A stretch of DNA of 64,000 nt from a virus. How positions within the stretch are numbered: position 1 is the stretch's first letter; every line of letters starts with the position of its first letter. Shown one piece after another: positions 35,701-45,723 of the stretch. A program made the translations under genes and the position numbers. The notes under the pieces were generated by a model. That model was given only the letters and a program-made list of their open reading frames with translations, made no database searches and was not told where the DNA came from. Location of the stretch: IMG/VR virus record IMGVR_UViG_3300003324_000465, positions 1 through 64,000 of that record; one strand, written 5' to 3'.

Positions 35701-35795
35701 ACAAAATGCTCTATAAGGCCCATAGGAAGCTTACAGAGGCATTGTAATATCAATCTGGTATAAGAGTAGGGGTGATTCGCTGTAGAGGTTCCTAT
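35701..35795 (+). repeat. tripartite element copy, opposite to local transcription
   Basis: AAAATGCTCTATAAGG + ATAGGAAGCTTACAG ... CTGTAGAGGTTCCTAT. Confidence 0.65.
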
Positions 35796-35823
35796 TAAAT
35801 AATAGCTATTATTTTAAGGCTTT

Positions 35824-36177
35824 CTAATGCTTTGAATCATAATGATATTTAGGAGTATTTTTGAGGATAAGACATTGACAATCTATGTCATATTCATATT
35901 CAGCATGCTCGTTATATCTGCGTGTATGGGATTCTTGCAATTTCTTATATTCTTTATATGCGGCTAATTCATTTGCAATAATGGGTTGCCATTTACTATT
36001 CACTTCTGCTATGAGTTCTAATAGATGCGCCCAATTATTAAGCATGTGATAAAAGACCATAGCAAGATCAACGAGTTCTAACAATTGCCAGTCTTGTTTC
36101 TCGTGTGCTAATTCTACCATATGTTCACTAAGTTGAATAAAATTCCGACGATTGTATAGCAATGTATCATACTTCAT
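35824..36177 (-). CDS. hypothetical protein
   Basis: AGAAAGGA RBS. Confidence 0.65.
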   Translation of the reverse strand: MKYDTLLYNRRNFIQLSEHMVELAHEKQDWQLLELVDLAMVFYHMLNNWAHLLELIAEVNSKWQPIIANELAAYKEYKKLQESHTRRYNEHAEYEYDIDCQCLILKNTPKYHYDSKH

Positions 36178-36258
36178 TAGTATATCCTTTCTATGTGGAA
36201 AATTCGCGTTTTGAAATTCATTTTATAAAACTAGACTCTCCAGATTTTATTGTACCCC

Positions 36259-36501
36259 TTATGATAATAATGCGAGACACAATTCAGTCATGAGCGGCTT
36301 ATCTAGCTTTCCTTTACGCCATTCATAATAAAGCTCTTCATTATTAGGCAATTCACGAACTAGTCTGTATGCTGCGATACAGTCATCCCATATCCATGGA
36401 ATACCATTACGTTTATAGTAATCAAATTTTTCTTCTTGTCGTGTACACTTAGAAACATACATATCAGCCATTTCAAGTAGCTCTATAATATATTCATACA
36501 T
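36259..36501 (-). CDS. hypothetical protein
   Basis: AAAGGA RBS before MYEYII. Confidence 0.6.
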   Translation of the reverse strand: MYEYIIELLEMADMYVSKCTRQEEKFDYYKRNGIPWIWDDCIAAYRLVRELPNNEELYYEWRKGKLDKPLMTELCLALLS

Positions 36502-36746
36502 AACGTATTCCTTTTGTAATAAGTGCGCGCATTTTATTAAAGATCGATCCATGTACCATCAATGTATTCTTGCATCTGTACATTTGTATTATCTGGTAAT
36601 AGTATATGCTCTATTAACATACCTACATATGTTTTAAAATACACAGTTAACGCACTATAATGAAATCTATACTTATATCCAGTTTGCAAAGCTAATTGTT
36701 CTGTAATAATCATTGTATTTTCTCCTATAATAATGCGCGGCGATTA

Positions 36747-36938
36747 TTATCTAGTAGTATTAAAAACATATCCATTGATAATTGTCTCGCCATTACGGTC
36801 TCTCAAGTACCATGGTCCATCTGATTGCTCATCTGCAATAGCTTGAGCATTACTTGGATCATCCGCTATAATAAGCATACAATCATAAACACGATCACAA
36901 GCATCACTCCAAAATGTGTAAATGCGTAAATTATCCAT
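36747..36938 (-). CDS. small hypothetical protein
   Basis: GAAGGA RBS; bounded by junction motifs. Confidence 0.65.
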   Translation of the reverse strand: MDNLRIYTFWSDACDRVYDCMLIIADDPSNAQAIADEQSDGPWYLRDRNGETIINGYVFNTTR

Positions 36939-37141
36939 AGTATTTTCCTTCTATAATAATCGCGGGCGATTTATCAGTAATAACGATAAGCTGTCTGACT
37001 ATTAAGCTCATACCATGTAAACCACGCATAACCCATAGTATAGGCTAATGAAAAACGCTTATGTTTTGTTGCAATATCCTTACCACTACTGTACCAAATA
37101 TCTTTCATGTGTTTATATCCTTTAAAATGCGTGCATTTTTA

Positions 37142-37408
37142 TTAATACCAAGTACTAGGCTTAGTAGATAAAGCAAAACTGTCAAAAACATTCTTATCTA
37201 TAAGGTCAATCAATTCCTTTGTAAGATCAAATACATTCTCACCAGCGTAAGGAATACGGTATGTGTATGATATTACTGCGTTGATGTCTATCGATCCATC
37301 TACAATACTTTTTGGTGTAAATATTACGCGCCCGGTAATAAAATTCCAAGAGATAGACATACTGGTGTATTCGATTGTAACGTATGTATCGTTATTATTC
37401 TTATTCAT
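37142..37408 (-). CDS. hypothetical protein
   Basis: AGGAG RBS. Confidence 0.65.
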   Translation of the reverse strand: MNKNNNDTYVTIEYTSMSISWNFITGRVIFTPKSIVDGSIDINAVISYTYRIPYAGENVFDLTKELIDLIDKNVFDSFALSTKPSTWY

Positions 37409-37446
37409 GATGATATAATCTCCTATAATGCCCCGCGAATTATATA

Positions 37447-37761
37447 TTAAGCACGAGCAAACGGAATACCAATAACATATCCCTTGCGTGTTTCATCATA
37501 TACAGTATAGTACGATCGTTTTGGCATCGTAGTAGCTAATAGTGTTGCGATGTGATCAAAATCAATATTCAGTGTATCAGGTATAAACATTAACCATTCC
37601 ATTACCTTTGTAAAGTGCTTTACTAATGGATTAGGCGCGCTGAAAATGCATTTGCATTCAGTTGTATTGATCATACCATAAACTTCAATTGCATTGCTTT
37701 TTTTATTAGTAGTCTGCGGTGTGCTATATTCTTGAGCAGTGATTTTTTTCACACTAGGCAT
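37447..37761 (-). CDS. hypothetical protein
   Basis: AGAAAGGA RBS. Confidence 0.65.
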   Translation of the reverse strand: MPSVKKITAQEYSTPQTTNKKSNAIEVYGMINTTECKCIFSAPNPLVKHFTKVMEWLMFIPDTLNIDFDHIATLLATTMPKRSYYTVYDETRKGYVIGIPFARA

Positions 37762-37965
37762 TGTTTATTCCTTTCTTACCTACTATTCACGCGCGTGATA
37801 AACGCTCAGTTAAATCTGTAACAACACTAATATACTCTTCTGTTAGTTCTTCATACTGTTTCAACAATTGTTGATATTGGAGCAGTAATTCACGATGCTC
37901 CGCTTTCTCAAGTATAAGCTTTAAACGCAAATCAACAATCTCTAACTGATCCTCTTCATTCATAA

Positions 37966-38868
37966 TCAGTCTCCTTTATTTTTAAGATATGCATGAATAA
38001 AAGATATTACTTGCGCTCCATCTCCTACTGCGCATGCTACCCGTTTCATTGAACCTGATCGTACATCTCCTATTGCAAAAATACCATCCTCATTTGTCAT
38101 CATTGTGTTATCGGTTATAATATACCCGTTATCGTCAAGCTGTATTGTCTCTGGGAGAAATGATGTATTAGGCGTACTACCAATGAAAACGAATATCTTC
38201 TTGCATGGTAAGCATAAAGGAAGACCATTATGCATAATTGTTAATGAATTATCAGATGTCTCTCTAACCAATGCATTTGTAAGAATATTAATTCTCTCAT
38301 GCACACATATACGTTTAACAAGATAATCAGACATGCTTTTACGAATATCATCCCCGCGAATTATTATAGATACCTTTTTTGCATGATCAGCTAAATACAA
38401 TGCGGCTTGTCCAGCACTATTAGCGCCGCCAATTATAACCACATGCTGATCTTTACATTCATCTGTATGATCAATAACATTTGTATCATACAATAAACCA
38501 TGAAGTTTGTCATTACCATTATTAAATTGCCGATATGTCATTCCTGATGCAATAATCAATGCATTATATACTAGTGTGTGCTCATTTGCTATAATGGTAT
38601 GACGTTTTGGATATATATCTATTACTTGGTCTTGAATAAAACTAACACCAAATTGCAGTGCTTGATCTACAGCGCGTTGTGTCATCTCTTTTCCAGAAAT
38701 AGCTGGATGTGAAAAGAAATTTTCAACTTTACTACTGCCGTATATTTGCCCCCCGTAATATGAATTTTTCTCAATTACTGCTGTACTCAACCCCTCGCTT
38801 GCGGCATAAATTGCAGCAGAAAGACCAGCAGGACCGGAACCAATAATGAGTACATCATATTTCTGCAT
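37966..38868 (-). CDS. thioredoxin-reductase-like FAD/NAD(P) oxidoreductase
   Basis: IIGSGPAGLSAA, GGQI, IIGGANSA, FAIGDVR and AVGDG; no CxxC. Confidence 0.9.
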   Translation of the reverse strand: MQKYDVLIIGSGPAGLSAAIYAASEGLSTAVIEKNSYYGGQIYGSSKVENFFSHPAISGKEMTQRAVDQALQFGVSFIQDQVIDIYPKRHTIIANEHTLVYNALIIASGMTYRQFNNGNDKLHGLLYDTNVIDHTDECKDQHVVIIGGANSAGQAALYLADHAKKVSIIIRGDDIRKSMSDYLVKRICVHERINILTNALVRETSDNSLTIMHNGLPLCLPCKKIFVFIGSTPNTSFLPETIQLDDNGYIITDNTMMTNEDGIFAIGDVRSGSMKRVACAVGDGAQVISFIHAYLKNKGD

Positions 38869-38901
38869 GTGCTTTGTCCTTTATGTATCTTGTCTGTATG
38901 C

Positions 38902-38929
38902 ACTATATCATGTTTTTTGTAAGAGTCAA
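38902..38929 (-). promoter_or_regulatory. sigma70 promoter
   Basis: TTGACT-16-TATAGT with TG extension. Confidence 0.65.
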
Positions 38930-38952
38930 GGATCAATTTTGTTAAGGTTTGG

Positions 38953-39216
38953 TTAAAATATTAAAGATAACAAAACGATACAAAATGTAATAATTGCCGC
39001 AATAATATAAAAATCAAGATTATCCCATGTATTTGCTTCACAAATAGTAACAATATATCGTCTGTATAGAATACTGGAATAGAATAATGATACTTGCTCA
39101 TACCGTAACATAATAATTCTCCTATCAGTATAGCGTCTACTGATACGAATCCATTTTGTAGTGCCTGTCTTCTTTTTATATATTGCGTATTTCATAAAAG
39201 AAAAAAGAGGCAACAT
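38953..39216 (-). CDS. hypothetical protein with C-terminal TM
   Basis: GAGG RBS; hydrophobic C-terminus. Confidence 0.5.
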   Translation of the reverse strand: MLPLFSFMKYAIYKKKTGTTKWIRISRRYTDRRIIMLRYEQVSLFYSSILYRRYIVTICEANTWDNLDFYIIAAIITFCIVLLSLIF

Positions 39217-39244
39217 AATATAGTTACCTCTCTACGGTAGGAGA

Positions 39245-39463
39245 TTATGATATGTCATCAAAAGACTGTATGCGTTTAAGATACACTTTTTCCCCATCTT
39301 CATTAACATACACATCTTTTCTACGGCCTTTTTTTGTAATAGCATGAATGCGAGTAGAGCTATCTGAATTACGTATACGTTGCTTTTTCCTAGCAATGCG
39401 TTGTTTACGCAACGTGTAGTCATCTTGCTCTATTAAACCTACATCATAACTAAGGTCTTTCAT
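39245..39463 (-). CDS. basic hypothetical protein
   Basis: AGGAG RBS before MKDLSY. Confidence 0.55.
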   Translation of the reverse strand: MKDLSYDVGLIEQDDYTLRKQRIARKKQRIRNSDSSTRIHAITKKGRRKDVYVNEDGEKVYLKRIQSFDDIS

Positions 39464-39468
39464 TTCTC

Positions 39469-40176
39469 CTACCATGCTTTCTCAATCTTCATAATAATAT
39501 TAAATATATTCAATGTTAACGTGTAATGCTCTCCTATGATATAACCTGTATATGCTGATAATGTAACATCCGCTTGATATTCGTAATTATCTGAATCCAC
39601 AAAAAACACGGCATAATGTGAATATGTTATACCTGTACGTTCACTGCCATATTGTATTGTAGAAGATGTTCGTAAATCCGACCTGTTAGGCCAATAAGGC
39701 TTATTATCAGTACCATGTGCAACTAATTGACGTGTGGTAATCCATCGATCTATGGTATAATAATATTTTGTTCTGTATACTGAGCGGGAACTATAGATCG
39801 CTTCTCTATGTGTCGTATTTCTATAACAAGTTCTTGGATTTTTTCTTGTGCCACAATTATATAGCCTATGATCTGTCACATCCCTGTAACCTGATATATA
39901 ACGCTCAGTGCCGTAATATTCCCATGCTGTATGATCTAAACGTGCATCTGCTGGTAATGACCAGCCTGATTCATAAACAAGGGAAAAGGTCTGTACATCT
40001 ATTTTGTTTTCCCATGTCATAGATCGTAGTGTAACGATCTTTGTTTGACGGTATGTTAGTACCCTATATCCCGTATAGAATACTAAGCATGTTAGTATAG
40101 CGATCAGAACATAGTATGTACGCTTCTTATCATCGTACCATAATTCATGCCATACGTCTCTCATGCTACCTACCAT
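39469..40176 (-). CDS. membrane-anchored hypothetical protein
   Basis: N-terminal TM (YYVLIAILTCLVF), beta-rich remainder. Confidence 0.75.
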   Translation of the reverse strand: MVGSMRDVWHELWYDDKKRTYYVLIAILTCLVFYTGYRVLTYRQTKIVTLRSMTWENKIDVQTFSLVYESGWSLPADARLDHTAWEYYGTERYISGYRDVTDHRLYNCGTRKNPRTCYRNTTHREAIYSSRSVYRTKYYYTIDRWITTRQLVAHGTDNKPYWPNRSDLRTSSTIQYGSERTGITYSHYAVFFVDSDNYEYQADVTLSAYTGYIIGEHYTLTLNIFNIIMKIEKAW

Positions 40177-40612
40177 TTCTCTGATTGATCAGTTCTTCTC
40201 TAACTTGCATTAGAAGCTTACCTAAGTTATTTTCGCCCGCATTATTATGAACGCGACACGTACACTGTCCCCAATAAAGATCATGCCATGTGTTACCTTC
40301 TATAAGGTCTTGATCACCAGTCTCAAGTAACATTACACGTAACTTCGGATAATTGAATTTTTGACGCAATAGATTAAGCATTATATCTTGTTTGATATTA
40401 TCCCAATCCTCACGTAATGTAATTGATTTTCCAATACGCTTCGCATCGCCAGGATTACGAACATAGTTTATCTGCTGGCGTATACGATCATCTGTTGTTT
40501 TTGCAGCTTGATAAGCATGCTCTACGCTAGGATACAATCTACCTTCATATTTCACAGGTGTGAACCAAAAATTACTAAGAAATCGATATTCATCACGAAA
40601 TTGTGTAATCAT
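40166..40612 (-). CDS. NADAR family protein (YbiA-like)
   Basis: FLSNF, SVEHAYQAAK, AKRIG, KF, LIEGN.W.D.YWG and GENNLGKLLMQVR. Confidence 0.92.
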   Translation of the reverse strand: MITQFRDEYRFLSNFWFTPVKYEGRLYPSVEHAYQAAKTTDDRIRQQINYVRNPGDAKRIGKSITLREDWDNIKQDIMLNLLRQKFNYPKLRVMLLETGDQDLIEGNTWHDLYWGQCTCRVHNNAGENNLGKLLMQVREELINQRNGR

Positions 40613-41103
40613 TACTTTGTATCCTTTATCTTATAGTATTTACTATTACCGATATTACCTATATATTCGCGGCGGGATATTATAGGTAATTTATACTTTG
40701 GAAATAAATGTAATACCTGTTCTTCATAATTACATGCATCTAATTCCCATGGAAGCTGTGTGTATGCAGAATATTCTTTTTTACGTGTGCTGGAATATTT
40801 TATATATTCTTTACCATCCCATATTTCTATATTACCTTTTTTATGTACTAAGCGCTCTGTTATTCTTTGATGTGTATGCCGCAATTCATGTGCTATGGTT
40901 TTTAGCGTTTCACGGTGACTCATATTGTTTGAAATGACAATACGCGCTGAATCTCCGTACCAAAATGATTCACCCATAACACGTTTAACATTCTTAAACT
41001 GCCATTGGATAAAAAAAGCATCAGGTATATTTAAATCCCGGCGAATTATATCAATATATGGACGATATTTGTTAAGTGTTGCATATTTAGCTCTACGTCC
41101 CAT
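40612..41103 (-). CDS. zincin-like metalloprotease
   Basis: TIAHELRHTHQ and PWELDA. Confidence 0.75.
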   Translation of the reverse strand: MGRRAKYATLNKYRPYIDIIRRDLNIPDAFFIQWQFKNVKRVMGESFWYGDSARIVISNNMSHRETLKTIAHELRHTHQRITERLVHKKGNIEIWDGKEYIKYSSTRKKEYSAYTQLPWELDACNYEEQVLHLFPKYKLPIISRREYIGNIGNSKYYKIKDTK

Positions 41104-41190
41104 AGTATTCTACCATTCCTTTAATACATAATACCAGATAAACGCAAACTCACCGTTCTCATTCCATCCAAGCATTGTGTTTTCTCTTTC

Positions 41191-41541
41191 TCAATATAAC
41201 TGGATAACTTCTTCCATCGTTAAAATATCTACAAGGATCGCCCTATTTCTATAAAAAGCACATTGTTTTTTACCTTGAAAGATAATAGACTCCTCTGCTT
41301 CATATATTTTCAACTCAAAATTACCATTATCATATAGCTCTTGCGCGAAATTCTCATCAAACCATTCGATTGCTTGTTCCCATGAAGTAAAACCACAATA
41401 AAGATCACAATCATAAGGCGCATCACGAATATCACTATACATATTAGGACGATGTGTACCAAGTCCATTATTCCATGACCATTTATATTGCGAATTATAT
41501 GGCCCGATGCCATCCGGTCCTTCAAAGCGATATACGTACAT
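41191..41541 (-). CDS. hypothetical protein
   Basis: GAAAGGA RBS before MYVYRFE; VYRxE..GPY..CGF pattern. Confidence 0.7.
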   Translation of the reverse strand: MYVYRFEGPDGIGPYNSQYKWSWNNGLGTHRPNMYSDIRDAPYDCDLYCGFTSWEQAIEWFDENFAQELYDNGNFELKIYEAEESIIFQGKKQCAFYRNRAILVDILTMEEVIQLY

Positions 41542-41584
41542 GGTCTTTAGATCCTTTCGCATTAGTGCATCGCTTACTGATCTA

Positions 41585-41613
41585 AGCATACAACCATCCA
41601 TGGCGGATGTCAA
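41585..41613 (-). promoter_or_regulatory. sigma70 promoter
   Basis: TTGACA-17-TATGCT. Confidence 0.75.
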
Positions 41614-41665
41614 TAGTCAATTTGGTTAGGATATGGTTAAAAAATATTCTTATTATTTTAAACCA

Positions 41666-41756
41666 CCAGAAGCCCTAGGACGATTTGGGGGTACTGAGAT
41701 ATGCTTTTTAATTTATCGTCGCTCTACGGGCTTCCTGTGAGGTTTAGGGGCATTTT
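41666..41756 (-). repeat. tripartite element copy
   Basis: AAAATGCCCCTAAA + CAGGAAGCCCGTAGAGCGACGAT ... ATCGTCCTAGGGCTTCTGG. Confidence 0.75.
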
Positions 41757-41965
41757 GGTTTATAGGTTACTTTCATTTCTTTGTATTTAACGTAATCTGA
41801 AAGCTGAAGCCATGCTCCACATTTTGGGCAGATGTGATTAGAATACATTTCACCACTAAAATCAGCTTTCATTTCTTCTTCTGTACCTTTCCATCCACAT
41901 TCTACATGTCGATATGTATAAGGTACATTTTTAAATATATCATCAAAACGTGGATTATTATACAT
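41744..41965 (-). CDS. small zinc-ribbon protein
   Basis: HVECGW and CPKCG. Confidence 0.6.
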   Translation of the reverse strand: MYNNPRFDDIFKNVPYTYRHVECGWKGTEEEMKADFSGEMYSNHICPKCGAWLQLSDYVKYKEMKVTYKPKCP

Positions 41966-41968
41966 AGT

Positions 41969-42697
41969 CTACCTATATACTCCATATTGTAATAATTGCT
42001 CTAATAAATCGCCGCGACTATTTAATAACTGTAAAAGTAATGTATCGTTTACATTCTTCTGCTCTATATCTTCTAACGCTTGCATAACAATTGGAAATTC
42101 TTGCTTCATTATCTGCTTTATTGCTAGTGCAATATCTCTATGTTCTTTTTGTACATCTTCCTTCGTACGCAATTGTATATAGTGAATCCACGAACGCAAT
42201 GTACCTGACATATATAATGTCGTTTGTGTAGTTAATGGAAGTATCATGCGTGCTACTTCTCTTGCTACACCAGCGTTAATAAGGTGTTTATATGTTATAA
42301 TAGCACGTTTTATTGATAAATCAACAAGTGTACTAGCATTTTCTGTTTCTGTATCATTAATCGGTATAAGCGGGTCAAATACATCTGTACTTGATTGTCT
42401 ATTTTTAACTGCCTGCTTGCGTAGTTCAATGGGCTCAAATTCTGTTACTTCTTTATACCGTTGACTTAGCTCCTGAAAAGTGAAACTACGATGCCTGAGC
42501 AATTGAGCCGATATAGCACGACTAGTCTTAATTTGAACGGTCATGTGTGCATGCTCAAATGGACTAAAATGAGCATTACGTAATAAATAACTAATAAGTC
42601 TTGTATCTTGACTATTTTGGTTATTTGACGATACTCTAGCGATATATAAAATCATTTTTTCTGCATTTGGAGTAACAGATACTAAATTAACTTCCAT
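41969..42697 (-). CDS. thyX: flavin-dependent thymidylate synthase
   Basis: HFSPFEH, QLLRHRSFTFQELSQRY, ARMILP and QKEHR. Confidence 0.95.
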   Translation of the reverse strand: MEVNLVSVTPNAEKMILYIARVSSNNQNSQDTRLISYLLRNAHFSPFEHAHMTVQIKTSRAISAQLLRHRSFTFQELSQRYKEVTEFEPIELRKQAVKNRQSSTDVFDPLIPINDTETENASTLVDLSIKRAIITYKHLINAGVAREVARMILPLTTQTTLYMSGTLRSWIHYIQLRTKEDVQKEHRDIALAIKQIMKQEFPIVMQALEDIEQKNVNDTLLLQLLNSRGDLLEQLLQYGVYR

Positions 42698-43262
42698 TTG
42701 TATTATCCTTATTGTTATATAAATACAATCTCTTAGACCAGTCCATAAATTCTTTTACACTATTTTCGCCTTTAGCGCGATTGCACATCCAGCAGCATGT
42801 AACTGTATTATCAATGGTATAGCCCTTTGAGGAGTCTATTCGATCAACACCGTTATATAGAAAAGTTCCTGAATTTTTTGCTTTATATACATTATATTCA
42901 TGCAACGGTTCTATGCCACAATAATAACAAGGTTGTATAATTAAATTTCTAAATTGTTCTTCATTTAAGCTAAATTCTTGTTTCCTATTATTAGCTCTTG
43001 CTTTATATCCACGATAAATATGATTAAACGCTGCTACACCGTCTGGTTTACGATTGCGTGTAGAGGCATTTTTAGCAGCTATTTCTTTAAGATAACAGCC
43101 ACAACTAACAACATGACCACTAGTAACATTTATCGTTAATATTTCTTTTTCAATACCACATTCACAACGCCACATATGTTTAGAGCGTTTACTGTCCTCT
43201 ATCAACTTCACAGCCGTTAAACGTCCAAACCTTTTACCTGTTAAGTCTTGTCTTTTCTTCAT
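42687..43262 (-). CDS. homing-type HNH endonuclease
   Basis: DLTGKRFGRL, CECG, SCGC, CYYCG, NGVDRIDS.KGY and CCWMCNRAK. Confidence 0.85.
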   Translation of the reverse strand: MKKRQDLTGKRFGRLTAVKLIEDSKRSKHMWRCECGIEKEILTINVTSGHVVSCGCYLKEIAAKNASTRNRKPDGVAAFNHIYRGYKARANNRKQEFSLNEEQFRNLIIQPCYYCGIEPLHEYNVYKAKNSGTFLYNGVDRIDSSKGYTIDNTVTCCWMCNRAKGENSVKEFMDWSKRLYLYNNKDNTNGS

Positions 43263-43325
43263 ATAACATACCTCTAATTATAATGATAAATATAACCAGA
43301 AGTATACTACATAATATTTTAGTTG

Positions 43326-43586
43326 TCAACTATCTGTATTATCATCTATCCTTTCAAACGACAACCATTGTCCAGCCGCAAATGCTATTATAATTCCCTT
43401 ATCATCATTAAAACTAAGTATACCATTATCACGAATAAATCCACTATATGCAAATATAGTAATTGTTGTTACTACCGGGCCAATATTTGCATCATATGGT
43501 TTGTATAACGGCATACTTTGATATTCCGGCGCAACATTCGCTACGTCCTCTTGATTTACACGTACTAAGACATCATATCTATTCAT
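43326..43586 (-). CDS. hypothetical protein
   Basis: AAAGGA RBS, overlaps the MTase end. Confidence 0.6.
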   Translation of the reverse strand: MNRYDVLVRVNQEDVANVAPEYQSMPLYKPYDANIGPVVTTITIFAYSGFIRDNGILSFNDDKGIIIAFAAGQWLSFERIDDNTDS

Positions 43587-44310
43587 TATTTCCTTTATCC
43601 TTTCTTGCTTTTTCTATACGTTGTTTTGCTATTTCAAAATATCCTGCGTCTTTTTCTATTCCTATAAAATGCCGCCCCGTATTTATAGCTGCTATACCAG
43701 TTGTACCACTTCCCATAACAGGATCAAGTACAATATCGCCAGGATTTGTATAGGTACTTATCAAGTATTCTAAAAGCGGTATTGGTTTCTGTGTAGGATG
43801 TACTTTACCAACTTGGCATGCATTACTTATGTTAAGAATATTTTTAGGGAAATAAAAATTGTTTGCAGTTTTAGACGGTACTAAGCCATTATAGTTATCA
43901 GATGCACTACCGCCACCTTTAGTACGTACTTTATCGCGAACTTCCATTATAGGATAATATGCACATTGCGATGTACCAAATACAAGAATATCTTCTGTAA
44001 TTTGAAATGGGCGATATTTCGCATTAGCGAATCCAGCACTATTATTTTTATTCCATATCCATTTATATTTATACATTGTAGGATTGCTTGCATAAAGCAT
44101 ATATTCAAACCCACTATTAGCAGTAAATATATATGGTGTGTGATTTTTACCCAGTCTTAATAATAGCGACCATAGTATATCAAATGGTATTATTATATCC
44201 CATTTATTTGCAGTTTTTCCATATGGCAGATCAGCGAATATCATATCCGCTATGTTTTCTGGTAATGTAGATAATATTTCTAGCGCATCTCCATTATATA
44301 GTTTGATCAA
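43579..44310 (-). CDS. N6A/N4C DNA methyltransferase
   Basis: ADLPYG, WIWNK, HPTQKP and DPVMGSGTTG. Confidence 0.92.
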   Translation of the reverse strand: MIKLYNGDALEILSTLPENIADMIFADLPYGKTANKWDIIIPFDILWSLLLRLGKNHTPYIFTANSGFEYMLYASNPTMYKYKWIWNKNNSAGFANAKYRPFQITEDILVFGTSQCAYYPIMEVRDKVRTKGGGSASDNYNGLVPSKTANNFYFPKNILNISNACQVGKVHPTQKPIPLLEYLISTYTNPGDIVLDPVMGSGTTGIAAINTGRHFIGIEKDAGYFEIAKQRIEKARKDKGNNE

Positions 44311-44515
44311 TTAATTATCCTTTTTATAATAATGCGCGGGCAATTATTCCATGTTACGAATATACCATAGATCAAACATTGCCATAAGAACAATGCTTGC
44401 GTATGACACATCTGTTGAAGGCTTCATTATTGCTGCTATACTAAAAATAATAACGTTCGCTATAAACAGTAATATAAATTGACTGAAGATACGCGAGTTA
44501 TGTTCTTCTATTAGT

Positions 44516-44875
44516 TTATTCATATATCCTTCCATATTCAAATAGAAATTGTTCTAGTTTTTTTATTTTAGCGGGCGTGTATTTATTTTGTATCCGTAGA
44601 ATGAATTGACCATCTGTGTATCCTGTTAATACTTCTAATATAATAAACGCCCGCGTTAATATATTTTGTATTTTTTCAGAGAGAAGCATACAGTGTAATG
44701 CTATTTCTTTTACTGTATATCCTTGTAAATACATGTCTAATATATGTATATCTCTACGTTGCAATAGTCTGTTTCTATATGCTAGTTCAATTGCTTGTGA
44801 TAAATCACTTCTTTCTTCTATTGATAAACGGTTAAGACTGTAATCTAAATATAATTCTTTAACGAGTCCTGCCAT
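44516..44875 (-). CDS. sigma-region-4/LuxR-like HTH protein
   Basis: ILDMYLQGYTVKEIA. Confidence 0.6.
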   Translation of the reverse strand: MAGLVKELYLDYSLNRLSIEERSDLSQAIELAYRNRLLQRRDIHILDMYLQGYTVKEIALHCMLLSEKIQNILTRAFIILEVLTGYTDGQFILRIQNKYTPAKIKKLEQFLFEYGRIYE

Positions 44876-44876
44876 G

Positions 44877-45668
44877 TTAATCTTCTATTATATCCTCTAT
44901 TATATTTACCGGCGCTTTATCTGCATAGCATAGTGAATAAAAAGAACATTCTTTTATACATACATCATCTAACATCCTTCTTGGTGCAGTATTTATATCA
45001 TTCTTAGTATTAATAAGCGCCTTTATTTCTCTTGTTAATTGTTCTAGTTTAAATTCATAATTATGAAATACATTTACTTCTATCAATTTTCCAGTGCGTA
45101 AATGATTCCAATATATTTTCCCCGGCCTATATCCGTTGCTTATTTGAATATATGCCCATGCGTAAATAAGAAACTGAGGATCGTGATCAAGCTTATCTTG
45201 CGCTGGTACTCTATTTGATGATTTGTGATCTGCAAAATCACCTGATATATCTACAATATCAATAACTCCATCCATTAGCGCAATAGGCGTATCTTCATTA
45301 GGAAATGGTAAATTAAAGCGTAATTCTATGCTTGTAGGATTCCATCTATCAAAATCCATTTTCTTTAGCATATCTTTACCGTCTTTTAATGACTTAGCTA
45401 GATATTCTTCACCTTTTATCTGAACGCCTGCTTGCTCCCATTCCGCATATGTATTAAGCATGTATTCTTGAAATGTTAGTGTAGGATTTGCTTTCTCCTT
45501 ATAATACATTTCAATAGCTTTATGTACTCCACTACCTAATAACGATGCAACGGTTTTTTCTTGATCCGGTCTGTCTTCCTTATGTAGTAGATATTTATAA
45601 TAATGTTGTCTTTGGCACGTTCTAAATGTCTTTAATCGGGAAGCACTTATACGTATAAGTTCAGTCAT
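44877..45668 (-). CDS. PD-(D/E)XK exonuclease (RecB/Cas4-like)
   Basis: SASRL..CQR, GSGVH, GVID, DHKS, QFLIY and C-terminal Cys cluster. Confidence 0.88.
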   Translation of the reverse strand: MTELIRISASRLKTFRTCQRQHYYKYLLHKEDRPDQEKTVASLLGSGVHKAIEMYYKEKANPTLTFQEYMLNTYAEWEQAGVQIKGEEYLAKSLKDGKDMLKKMDFDRWNPTSIELRFNLPFPNEDTPIALMDGVIDIVDISGDFADHKSSNRVPAQDKLDHDPQFLIYAWAYIQISNGYRPGKIYWNHLRTGKLIEVNVFHNYEFKLEQLTREIKALINTKNDINTAPRRMLDDVCIKECSFYSLCYADKAPVNIIEDIIED

Positions 45669-45723
45669 TAACGACTACCTCTACAATATACTTTTGCTCT
45701 AGGTGTGTTTTTTGGTGTATATA

